DNA from: Amoeboradix gromovi X-113 | Taxonomy: Eukaryota; Fungi; Sanchytriomycota | DNA: 20,944 bases | Assembly (NCBI GenBank): GCA_018985225.1 | Contig: JADGIF010000097.1 | Coordinates: 1 to 20,944 of the forward strand | Reading direction: 5' to 3' | In this document: piece after piece, positions 9,910-18,897 of the stretch | How positions within the stretch are numbered: position 1 is the stretch's first letter | Layout: the number at the start of each line of letters is the position of its first letter | Translations under genes and position numbers: made by a program | Notes under the pieces: model-generated | The model's database searches: none | Told to the model about the DNA's origin: nothing | Seen by the model: only the letters and a program-made list of their open reading frames with translations

Positions 9910-10169
9910 TGGTCTAGAAATCACAGAGTATTTAATGAATTAAAATGCTAGTTTATAAATCACAGAGCAAATGAGATGAAATATCTCCTGGTCTAATAAT
10001 CATAGAGCATTACTTTTTAAACTACATTACAAAGTCTAGATATAAAAGTAATGGATATTTTTATTTGAAATAAAACATTTTGGATAGACAGGAAAGACGT
10101 TAAATAAATTTTGTTTATTTCAAAATTTGAAAACATTTTGCCAAGTCTAGTTTTCATAGAGTGCGTCCC
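9910..10169 (+). repeat. Subterminal-like motif cluster ending in a variant right TIR
   Basis: Repeated TCTAG/ATCACAGAG motifs (9913, 9948-9968, 9991-10008, 10035). 10035-10095 resembles the MITE interior. 10147-10169 CTAGTTTTCATAGAGTGCGTCCC has the same spacing as the MITE TIR CTAGTTTTTATATTTGATGTCCC. Confidence 0.5.
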
Positions 10170-10288
10170 CTATGAATTTATTCAAAATTTCCAGTCATTT
10201 AATATCTTTCTAAAAGTTACTACGCTCAATTTGGCAGAGAAAATATGACTATACAGCTATTTTTACTAATCTATAGGTAGCGATACCT

Positions 10289-10783
10289 GGGACACCAAAT
10301 ATAAAAACTAGACTAACTCGTATTCAAAGGTGCTCCATATTGAGGAAATGCTATCATTAATGAAAGATCTTCTATTATACCAATTTTCTTTCATTGATTG
10401 TATTCCTCTTCAAAATAAAACTAGAAGACCCTGCATCTCTTTCAAGTATGCAAGGTCCTTGAGCATCTAAGCAAAAGGTGCATTTTCTTAGACGGTACTC
10501 TTTTCTAGAGCCATTTTGTAATGTTATACTAACATCATTACTCTTATCTATTCTAGTTTTTACAGAGTAATAGTGATATTTTATTTGAAAGAGTAAGAGT
10601 AGCTGTACAGAATATTTATTTTTGAAATTTCAATACAAAAAGTTATTTATTCTCCTTTTGTACTCGTCAACTCCGCAACTAGATGAGCGTCCACTCGCCT
10701 CTTAGATCCATAAAATTAATAAAGCTGAAATAATGTTCCAAGTTCGTACAGAAAGTTAGTCCAGTTTTTATATTTGATGTCCC
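10289..10783 (+). mobile_element. MITE copy M4 (495 bp)
   Basis: GGGACACCAAATATAAAAACTAGACTAACT ... AGTTAGTCCAGTTTTTATATTTGATGTCCC. Closely similar to 12588-13104. Flanks ACCT / GTTT. Confidence 0.95.
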
Positions 10784-10826
10784 GTTTGTTTAAAGTGCTA
10801 TTTAGTTTTTGTCAAATTTGTCCCAA

Positions 10827-11900
10827 ATGGGGCTTCAGAAACTCGCAAGTAATATGTTGGTCACACATGAAAAAAAGGTTTGCTTAATTGGTAGCGGAAA
10901 TTGGGCTTCTACTATTGCCATGATCGTAGGCCAAAATGTTGCAAAATTCGAAGATTTTGACAACGAAATTAAAATGTGGGTGTTTGAAGAAGACATTGAC
11001 GGTAAGAAATTAACTTCCATTATTAACACGAAGCATGAAAATGTGAAATACCTTCCGGGGCATGCTATCCCTGCAAATGTTATTGCCACTTCTGATATGG
11101 AGGATGTGGTAACTGGTGCTGACTATATAATCATTTGTTTGCCGCATCAGTTTGTGAAAAAAACCTGCACTCAAATGAAGTCTTTCGTTAAGCCTTCTGC
11201 AGTCGGCATTTCTCTCGTTAAGGGATTTGAAGTAACTGAGGATGGTGCTGAACTGATGACCGATGTACTAGAAGAGATGTTGAAGATACAGTTTGGTGTG
11301 TTGTCTGGTGCCAACATTGCAAATGAGGTTGCAAAAGGACAATTCTGTGAAGCCACTGTGGCCTTCAGCAAAATTGATCAAGGTCTTCAATGGAAGAAGC
11401 TATTCGACACATCTTTTTTCCATGTTAACGTCATCAAAGATGTTAAGGGACCACAGGTATGTGGCGCCTTGAAAAATGTAGTTGCTATTGCTGCTGGAAT
11501 TATATCAGGATTGCAATATGGTGATAACACAAAGGCGGCTATCATGCGAATTGGATTAATGGAAATTAGAAAATACTGCCACAAATTTTACGATGGGATC
11601 GAGGATGAGACATTTTTTGAGAGCTGTGGAGTTGCAGACTTAATTACTACTTGCAATGGTGGGAGAAACAGAAAAGCAGGACAAGCGATGGTGCAGCAGA
11701 ATATGACAATTGAGCAAATTGAAGCAGAGTTACTGGGAGGCCAAAAGTTGCAGGGCACTTTAACTGCAAGAGAAGTATATCAGGTACTTAGAAAAGCGAA
11801 TCAGCTTAATGCTTTCCCTCTGTTTACTACTGTGTACAAGATTTGCTATGAGCAACTGTCTCCCAGAATGTTGGTCAATCTATTCAATGATATAAAATAA
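10827..11900 (+). CDS. GPD1: NAD-dependent glycerol-3-phosphate dehydrogenase
   Basis: Motifs IGSGNW, HENVKYLPG, LSGANIANEVA, CGALKNVVA, ESCGVADLITTC.GGRN and GQKLQG. First ATG at 10827 (alternative 10854). Confidence 0.97.
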   Translation: MGLQKLASNMLVTHEKKVCLIGSGNWASTIAMIVGQNVAKFEDFDNEIKMWVFEEDIDGKKLTSIINTKHENVKYLPGHAIPANVIATSDMEDVVTGADYIIICLPHQFVKKTCTQMKSFVKPSAVGISLVKGFEVTEDGAELMTDVLEEMLKIQFGVLSGANIANEVAKGQFCEATVAFSKIDQGLQWKKLFDTSFFHVNVIKDVKGPQVCGALKNVVAIAAGIISGLQYGDNTKAAIMRIGLMEIRKYCHKFYDGIEDETFFESCGVADLITTCNGGRNRKAGQAMVQQNMTIEQIEAELLGGQKLQGTLTAREVYQVLRKANQLNAFPLFTTVYKICYEQLSPRMLVNLFNDIK

Positions 11901-11920
11901 AAAATTTATTTTAAAGGTTG

Positions 11921-12565
11921 CTTCTCGTTAAAATTCTTAATTTCGAGCAAAATTGAGAACTTCCACAAAACAAACTGGTAGAGCCACTTACTACGCTACT
12001 TCTCATAACAAGACGCAATTTTCTCGGAAATCACGTCTTTTCACAGATTACTTCTCCGTTGCAGTGACTGCTCACGCTTGCACTACCCTGAAGCGGGATT
12101 GAATATGGGGTTCCTTGCTGCCATATTGTCTCTATCTATATCCGAATGACAATTGATACAAGTGTAGGTTTCTAAGTTGATTTTCTTCAGAGTACCACAC
12201 CTTGTACATGTCTGACTAGTAAATGATTCATTGCATTCGAACATCGTCTTTCCTCTTTGTTTACACTTGAACTTCAAGCGTTCCTTGAATAAATTGTACA
12301 GAAATCGCTTCCTGGCGTTCAAAGACATCTAATTCTTCCATGTTTGGACCAGTTCCTCAGCGTTGATGAATGTACGCTTTACCTGCTAGTTATCTCTTTA
12401 GCTCTGACATATTCAGGATTGCGAGGTCTAGAACTGTTTGTCATTGATGAATAGCAAAGATATCGTATCTTTATTCTATTCGGAGTATCAAGAAAAGAAG
12501 AGTATTTGCATAAAAAAGACATATGTTATCGACAAATGGTTTATTCAATAAGATCTATCATCTCT
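11921..12565 (-). mobile_element. Non-autonomous IS607-like element, copy A (best preserved; right end duplicated)
   Basis: Contains the TnpA-HTH and Fanzor/TnpB C-terminal remnants. Aligns with 18329-18825 from the right end (CTTCTCGTTAAAA / CTCCTCATTAAAA) to beyond the ATG (TCGACAAATGGTTTATTC / TCGATAAATGACTTATTC). Left boundary is approximate. Confidence 0.85.
12083..12444 (-). pseudogene. Fused remnant: IS607 TnpA N-terminal MerR-like HTH + TnpB/Fanzor2 C-terminus (zinc finger, RuvC-III)
   Basis: From ATG 12444: MTNSSRPRNPEYVRAKEITSR*SVHSSTLRNWSKHGRIRCL*TPG. After a frameshift: KRFLYNL FKERLKFKCKQRGK..CNESFTSQTCTRCG..YTCINC..IDRDNMAARN. Confidence 0.85.
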
Positions 12566-12587
12566 CTTTTCTCCAAATCCAATACAT

Positions 12588-13104
12588 GGGACACCAAATA
12601 TAAAAACTAGACTAACTCGTTTTTAAAGGAGGTGCACCATACGGAGGAATGCTATCATTAATAAAAGATCTTCTTCTGTTATACCACGATTCTCATTGAT
12701 CGTATTCCCCTCTTCAAAATAAAACTAGAAGACCATACATCTCTTTCAAATATATGAGGTCTTTGAGCATCTAAGCAAAAGGTGCATTTTCTTAGACGGT
12801 ACTCTTGTCTAGAGTCATTTTGTAATGTTATACTAACATCATTACTCTTATCTATTCTAGTTTTTACAGAGTAATAGTGATATTTTATTCGAAATAAAGA
12901 TTGGATGAAAGAGTAAGAGAATAGCTGTACAGAATATTTATTTTTGAAATTTCGATACAAAAAGTTATTTATTTTCCTTTTGTACTCGTCAACTCCGCAA
13001 CTAGCTGAATGTCCATTCGCCTCTTAAATCCATAAATTAATAAAGCTGAAATAATGTTCCAAGTTGTTACTGAAAGTTAGTCCAGTTTTTATATTTGATG
13101 TCCC
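12588..13104 (+). mobile_element. MITE copy M5 (517 bp, full length, 4-bp TSD ACAT)
   Basis: ACAT|GGGACACCAAATATAAAAACTAGACTAACT ... AGTTAGTCCAGTTTTTATATTTGATGTCCC|ACAT. Confidence 0.96.
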
Positions 13105-14069
13105 ACATGTAAGTCTAGATTAATCTAGTCTCAACAAGAATCCCGCTCAGTGGATTAATCCAGATATCTGGGCTACTAGTGCAGTTTGGTTCCAGAACTG
13201 TGTACCTAATATATAAATTTATTCTGAACTGTAACGAAGTTTCTGGTCTCTTTGTATCCTTCAAAAGAATATTTCTGCCCAGTAAACTTCAACTTTTTCG
13301 CTGAATCTAGGACAGCTTTTTTTGAATGTAATTCCGCCGAGTCCAATTCTAAATAGTTGAGGATTTGTCTAAGAAATACTTACAAGTCTAATGTATCTAG
13401 TTCCGTACTACACCGTTTAGGTCGCATTAACACTTTAGCTCTGGGCAAGATGCTCTCGAAATTAACAGAAGCGGGTCTGGTAGTTGTCGAAATCACATAA
13501 ATTTTATACTATTTGGTTTCTTGGCATCTATTCCAAAAAAAAGTCGATCGTGTCACTGGCGCTATATAGTTGATTCGCAACAACACTGTATTCTCTTGTC
13601 AACTATTGCTTCAGAATATTTCTGACACGTGCATATGATATGCTTGTACCAAAATGCCTACATGACTTTAACCGTCAGATGCCATCGTATTAACACACGA
13701 CTAAATAGAATATGGCTTAGTGGGAATCCATGTTGCAAAGACACCATTGGATCCAATTGATTTTGGATTACTAATGGTTGCATGTAACAGAAAGGCAATT
13801 TCAGCAAATCGATCTTGTAGTACCTCATTGCATCTTTCTTCAACGAATTGCTTGATTTCTTCCAAAGCAAAAGTAGCTTTGTCCATTATTTCAAAAACTT
13901 CACTTAATAAATCCAAAACAATGCTTTCATTGTTACCATCGTAATGATGCCGAAAGGCGATAGATGCGTTTAAATATTTATTTAGTGTTGCAATGTGCTA
14001 TGCATTGAGTAAGTCGTATCTTACCACAATTATTTGTACAATCTTCTGCAATAATGATTTTCGAGTATA

Positions 14070-14330
14070 GATTCTCGCCCTTGACTACCCAATACTATAA
14101 AAAGCAGCTTAGAATTAGATTATCTCTTGGATAAACTAATATATCAAAACTTAAATTTCTATCTTATTCGTCATTTACCTAAATTTCGACTGAGTCCTAT
14201 CTATAGCGAAGAGGTACGTTGTAATATAAACAATATTTGCGAAAACATTTGCAAACGTCCCCATTATTGCATCTAGTCAAGAACTCACGCACGTACAACT
14301 GGACCTAATCCAGTGATATCTTAGAGATTT
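14070..14330 (-). mobile_element. Possible highly decayed IS607/Fanzor2-derived copy
   Basis: GATTCTCGCCCTTGACTACCC (14070-14090) resembles GATTTCTCACGCTTGCACTACCC of copy B. AGTGATATCTTAGAGATTT near 14312 resembles copy C at plausible spacing. Confidence 0.35.
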
Positions 14331-14670
14331 TAGGCTTATTAATCTTGCAAAGATTCAGGGTCTTGCCAGTATCCATTATGATGTAGTAATGGTCCCAGAT
14401 CTGAATGACTGCCAAAAACTTTTCAAGAAATAGGAAATCGAAATAATAATGGTACTAGACCAGACTGACAAAGAAGAGAGATTGGTAAAAAATTGTTTTC
14501 CGTTATAGCCAAGGTATTTAAATATAAGAACTCAACTTGGCTAGAACTACTTATCGGATTTGATTTAAAACAGATTTTCTGGTATTTTAGCGTGATTATT
14601 GCCTCTAAATTGCAAAATGTGATCCAATGGATAATTTAAAACCCCGCAAAACAATTTTGAATTCTCAGTC

Positions 14671-17600
14671 ATGCCAAAGAAAAACATTGATCAAAAGCAG
14701 CATGAGATAGATATTACTAAAAGTCCATATCAGTTAGACGTAAAAACGCTTGGTGATCTTATTGACCCAAAGAACCCGGTATTGCTGAAAGAATTAGGTG
14801 GAATTGATGGAATCTTAGAAAAATTGAAGGTAGATAAGTCAACTGGCTTAGTTGAGTCCAACGAGAAAGAAAAAGTCGCTGACGAAGTAGACCATTATGG
14901 GCCATACAATTCCTTATTACGCGCGGAAAGCAAGTCAAGATGTTTCGATAAGCGTAGACTCTGGTTTGGTGATAATGTAGTCCCATCTCCGCAAGGCAAA
15001 AGCCTACTTTCTATAATAATCGGAGCTTTTTCTGACAGGATGCTTCAGCTGCTAATGGTGATTGCTACAGTTAGCACTATAATAGGGGTTTTATTGCAGT
15101 ACCACGTGATACCATCAGCTACAAACCATGATGGTGCATGGGCGGAAGGTGTGGCTATATTCATTGCTGTGATAGTTGTTGTTAGTGTAGGCTCGCTTAA
15201 CGATTATCAAAAGGAAACACAATTTCGCAAGTTAAGTGCTAAAAAGGAAGATAGGGACATCAAGGTTCTTAGAGATGGGGCTTCAAAAATGGTGTCTGCC
15301 AAAGATGTTGTTGTAGGTGATATAGTTGAGGTCGAACCTGGTGATTTAATTCTTGTAGACGGTGTATTTATTAGTGGATATAATCTGAAGTGTGATGAAT
15401 CGTCAGCTACCGGTGAGTCTGATTTAATAAAGAAAGGCTTAGATCACGACATGATTATGATAAGTGGCGCCAAGGTTGCTGAGGGAGTCGGGAAGTATCT
15501 GGTCACAAATGTCGGAATTAATTCATTTCACGGTAAGATGATGGTAGGTTTGATAGTGGATGATAAACCTACTCCTCTGGAAGAAAAGCTGTTAAAATTA
15601 ACGGAAATTATAGCTAAACTGGGAGTAGCAGCTGGTATTATCCTTTTTTTGGCTCTGCTTATGAAACTTTTAATTACCCAAGCCTTGGGGGATAAGTTTA
15701 GTGACCCTACAGAGGTTGGTATTGAATTTATAGATATATTTACGGAGACTATAACTATCATTGTTGTCGCTGTACCAGAGGGTCTCCCATTGGCAGTAAC
15801 ACTGGCGCTAGCATATGCTGGCAAAAGAATGATAAAAGACAACAATTTTGTGCGGATTATTAGTGCCTGCGAGGTTATGGGCCATGCCACAACCATTTGT
15901 AGTGACAAAACAGGTACTCTGACTCAAAACAAGATGACAGTTGTTAGCGGCACTTTTGGAATTACTGTTTCTTGGGAAACTCAAGCAGATGATGGCGTTA
16001 ACAAACTTATCGATAGTAATTTATGGTCAGCTCTAATGGAGAACATTGCGATCAATAGTAGCGCGTTTGAAGAAGTAGATAGTGAAACAGGAAAATTAGC
16101 GTTTGTAGGAAGCAAGACGGAAACAGCTTTGCTGGGGTGGCAAAACAAGTTTGGAGTAAATGCAAATGATCTTAGAAAGTCGAGTACTGTAGCTGCTCTA
16201 TATCCGTTTAGCAGTGAGCGTAAATCAATGTCAGTTATCTTGAAAAAGAATAACTCTGATGGATCCTTTTTTTATCGATTACTGACAAAGGGTGCCAGTG
16301 AAATCGTGTTTAAGCAATGCCAATTCATAGCGAACAATGCAGGCGATCCTGTGCGTGTAACTCCTGAAGAAAGTCAAGTAGTTAATGATATTATTAATAA
16401 ATATGCAGAGGGTGCATTAAGAACTATCGCATTAAGCTACAAAGATTTAAGTCAACATGAATTTGAAGCGTTGACTCAGCTGGATGATCCACCCACATCT
16501 AATATGACTTTGTTAGGTGTGGTTGGAATTGAAGATCCACTGCGCGTCGGAGTGCTTGAAGCTGTGAAAAAGTGTCAAAGAGCAGGTGTAATTGTTAGGA
16601 TGGTTACAGGTGATAACATCGTAACAGCTAAAGCCATAGCCAGTAAATGTGGTATCTATATAAAGGGTGGTACAGTTATGGAAGGGTTTAAGTTTAGGAA
16701 ATTAAGCGATTCAGAAATGGACAAAGTTGTCCCTAAATTGCAGGTTCTGGCTCGATCTTCGCCTCTGGATAAACAACTTTTGGTTGAAAAGCTAAAGAAA
16801 CTTGGAGAAGTTGTAGCGGTCACGGGAGATGGTACTAACGATGGTGCAGCACTAAAAGCAGCGGACGTGGGCTTTAGTATGGGCATAAGCGGTACAGAAG
16901 TAGCAAAAGAAGCGTCGTCCATAATTTTGATGGATGACAATTTTGCCAGCATTGTGAAGGCGCTGATGTGGGGTAGAACAGTTAATGAAGCTGTTAAAAA
17001 GTTTTTGCAGTTTCAATTAACTGTCAATGTTACTGCGGTCTTGGTGACTTTTATAACGGGAATTGCAGGAGTAACTCCAGCATTAACTGCTATTCAGTTA
17101 TTGTGGATAAATTTGATAATGGATTCGTTCGCTGCACTTGCATTGGCTACCGAGAATCCTAGCCCTGACATATTAGATAAGTATCCTGAGTTAAAGACAG
17201 CACCCCTGATCTCATTTAATATGTGGAAAATGATCATATTCCAAAGCATTTTTCAAATTGTGATAAGTTGTACTCTTTCTTTTAGTGGCCCTATGCTACT
17301 TATCGGTAAACCGCAACAAGAAATGACCAAGGAGGATCAATACTTATTAAACGGAATAGTATTCAACACGTTTGTGTGGCTTCAACTCTTTAATGAGATC
17401 AAGTAATTCGATTTAATTTAGTTGCAGGAGGTTAGATAACAATCTTAATGTGTTTTATAATTTGCACAGGAACTATTACTTTATAGGTGTAATTGTGTTT
17501 ACGATAATCGTACAGATTATAATAATGTTTGTAGGTGGCAGCATATTCAGAATATCACCTATATCACCAAGTCAATGGATATTAAGTATAGCCCTTGGTG

Positions 17601-17836
17601 CAGTTGGATTACTAATCGGAGTTATAGCTAGGCTGATTCCCGATGAAGTTTTTTGCTGCAAGAAACCAGAGCCGGAGAGGATAGTTATGAACACGGAGAG
17701 AATAAGATGGCAGAGCGCGATAAGCCAAGTGAGGACAGAACTAAGAGTCTTTAATGCTCTAAGAGGAACCAGATTTCAATCCAATTCATCACTACACAAT
17801 ATAGTAGATGGTGATGTAGAGATGAAGGAATTGTAA
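14671..17836 (+). CDS. PMC1: P-type IIB Ca2+-transporting ATPase (PMCA/Pmc1); exons 14671-17402 and 17422-17836, 1048 aa
   Basis: Motifs DESSATGES, VAVPEGLPLAVT, CSDKTGTLT, KGASE, MVTGDN and TGDGTND. Splicing restores the conserved FNEINCRRL. Confidence 0.96.
17403..17421 (+). other. 19-nt spliceosomal intron (phase 2)
   Basis: GTAATTCGATTTAATTTAG. Removal gives GAG ATC AA|T TGC AGG AGG TTA GAT and joins the 911-aa and 128-aa ORFs in frame. Confidence 0.9.
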
Positions 17837-18328
17837 ACTGCAATTGAGTTAATAAATCAATCAAGTGTTATAAGATGATTGCTTTTATTTTCTTAACATT
17901 GTACTTAATAAAGGTCTCTATTTCGCTAAAACGTCTTTGCAAAGAATCTAACAACGCTAGTCGTTCAGTTACATCGGTTAAATACAATTCCACTAACCAA
18001 AGGTGGGTTATGTAAGAGAGCTTATATTTCAATTATATGTTCATGGGTGCTTTATGTTCTCTATGCACTTGCAAATGTGCACTTCTAACGTATCTATGTC
18101 TTTGGTGACTAAATATCATTTAGGCAGAACGCTGGCCTGTAAATCAATGAAATTCTTTGATTGTTAAATAATACTGCCACAGTTAAGATGATCTCTTTCA
18201 TGCAGTTGGATGAGATCATAGAGGTCATGCAATAGAGTGCAGTCTTCATCAGATAGTGATATATATAGATTTGGCATTTCATGGCTCTAGAAACTTGAAG
18301 ACACTTGTTGATGAGCAAATAGAATATT

Positions 18329-18825
18329 CTCCTCATTAAAAGTCCTGATTTCCAAGAAAATCGAGAATATCCACAGAGAACCTAGCTATGCTATTAAATC
18401 CTTTACAGTGATTTCTCACGCTTGCACTACCCTGGGGAGGTATGGAATAAGGATGTATATACTTGTATGTATTCATTGCTGCCATATGATCTCTATTGCT
18501 GTAAATGTAGTAAGAACAGTCACATAAAAATTATTAAATAAACGGTTTACAGGTATGTTTATCCTTGATCTCTTTCTATGACGGGTTGAAAGATATCTAA
18601 TTGTTCCATGTTTTGGTTCTCAACGTTGAATGACTGTATACTGTACTGTTAATTATTCTTTAGATTTGATATATTCAGAATTACATCCATTGATTCCATT
18701 TATCATTTGTGAAATGAAGAATTTCGAATAATTAAGGTTTGGGAAATCTGGAAAAAAGTCATGCAACTGTATAAATTTTTTTGGAAATTCTCGATAAATG
18801 ACTTATTCTACAAAATTCAATAGTT
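18329..18825 (-). mobile_element. Decayed IS607/Fanzor2-derived element, copy B
   Basis: CTCACGCTTGCACTACCCTG is identical to copy A. Also TTGCTGCCATAT (AA of AARN), AAAGATATCTAATTGTTCCATG, and an HTH remnant EYIKSKE..QYSIQS.STLR. Confidence 0.82.
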
Positions 18826-18897
18826 GCTTCTATTCAAGTAGAAAATTCGGACAGGAAGTATTAACGGGACGATAATTGATGTAATCATAATAACTAT

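Noticed and set aside
12083-12328. Functional mini-Fanzor nuclease
   Set aside because: It lacks RuvC-I, WED and REC regions, and the upstream HTH has two stops and a frameshift. It is a relic.
12679-12960. 93-aa ORF
   Set aside because: Lies wholly within MITE M5 and has no ATG start or recognisable motif; treated as a chance frame.
13105-13480. Scattered short matches to the IS607 relic (AATCCCGCT, CTTTAGCTCTG)
   Set aside because: Matches are short and in mixed orientation; a profile search is needed.
13701-14020. Possible gene fragment (LQDRFAEIAF..) with faint similarity to a minus-strand frame near 17870-18030 (LQRRFSEIET..), and a possible 27-nt GT-AG intron at 13991-14017
   Set aside because: No ATG could be linked, both frames are bounded by stops, and the similarity is too short to support a call.
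10835-16952. Antisense ORFs inside GPD1 and PMC1 (also those inside TRM82, the 575-aa gene and the transposase)
   Set aside because: Shadow frames opposite or overlapping well-supported genes.
18109-18336. 75-aa ORF
   Set aside because: Its ATG comes from the terminal motif of relic copy B (TTAATGAGGAG), and no family resemblance was found.
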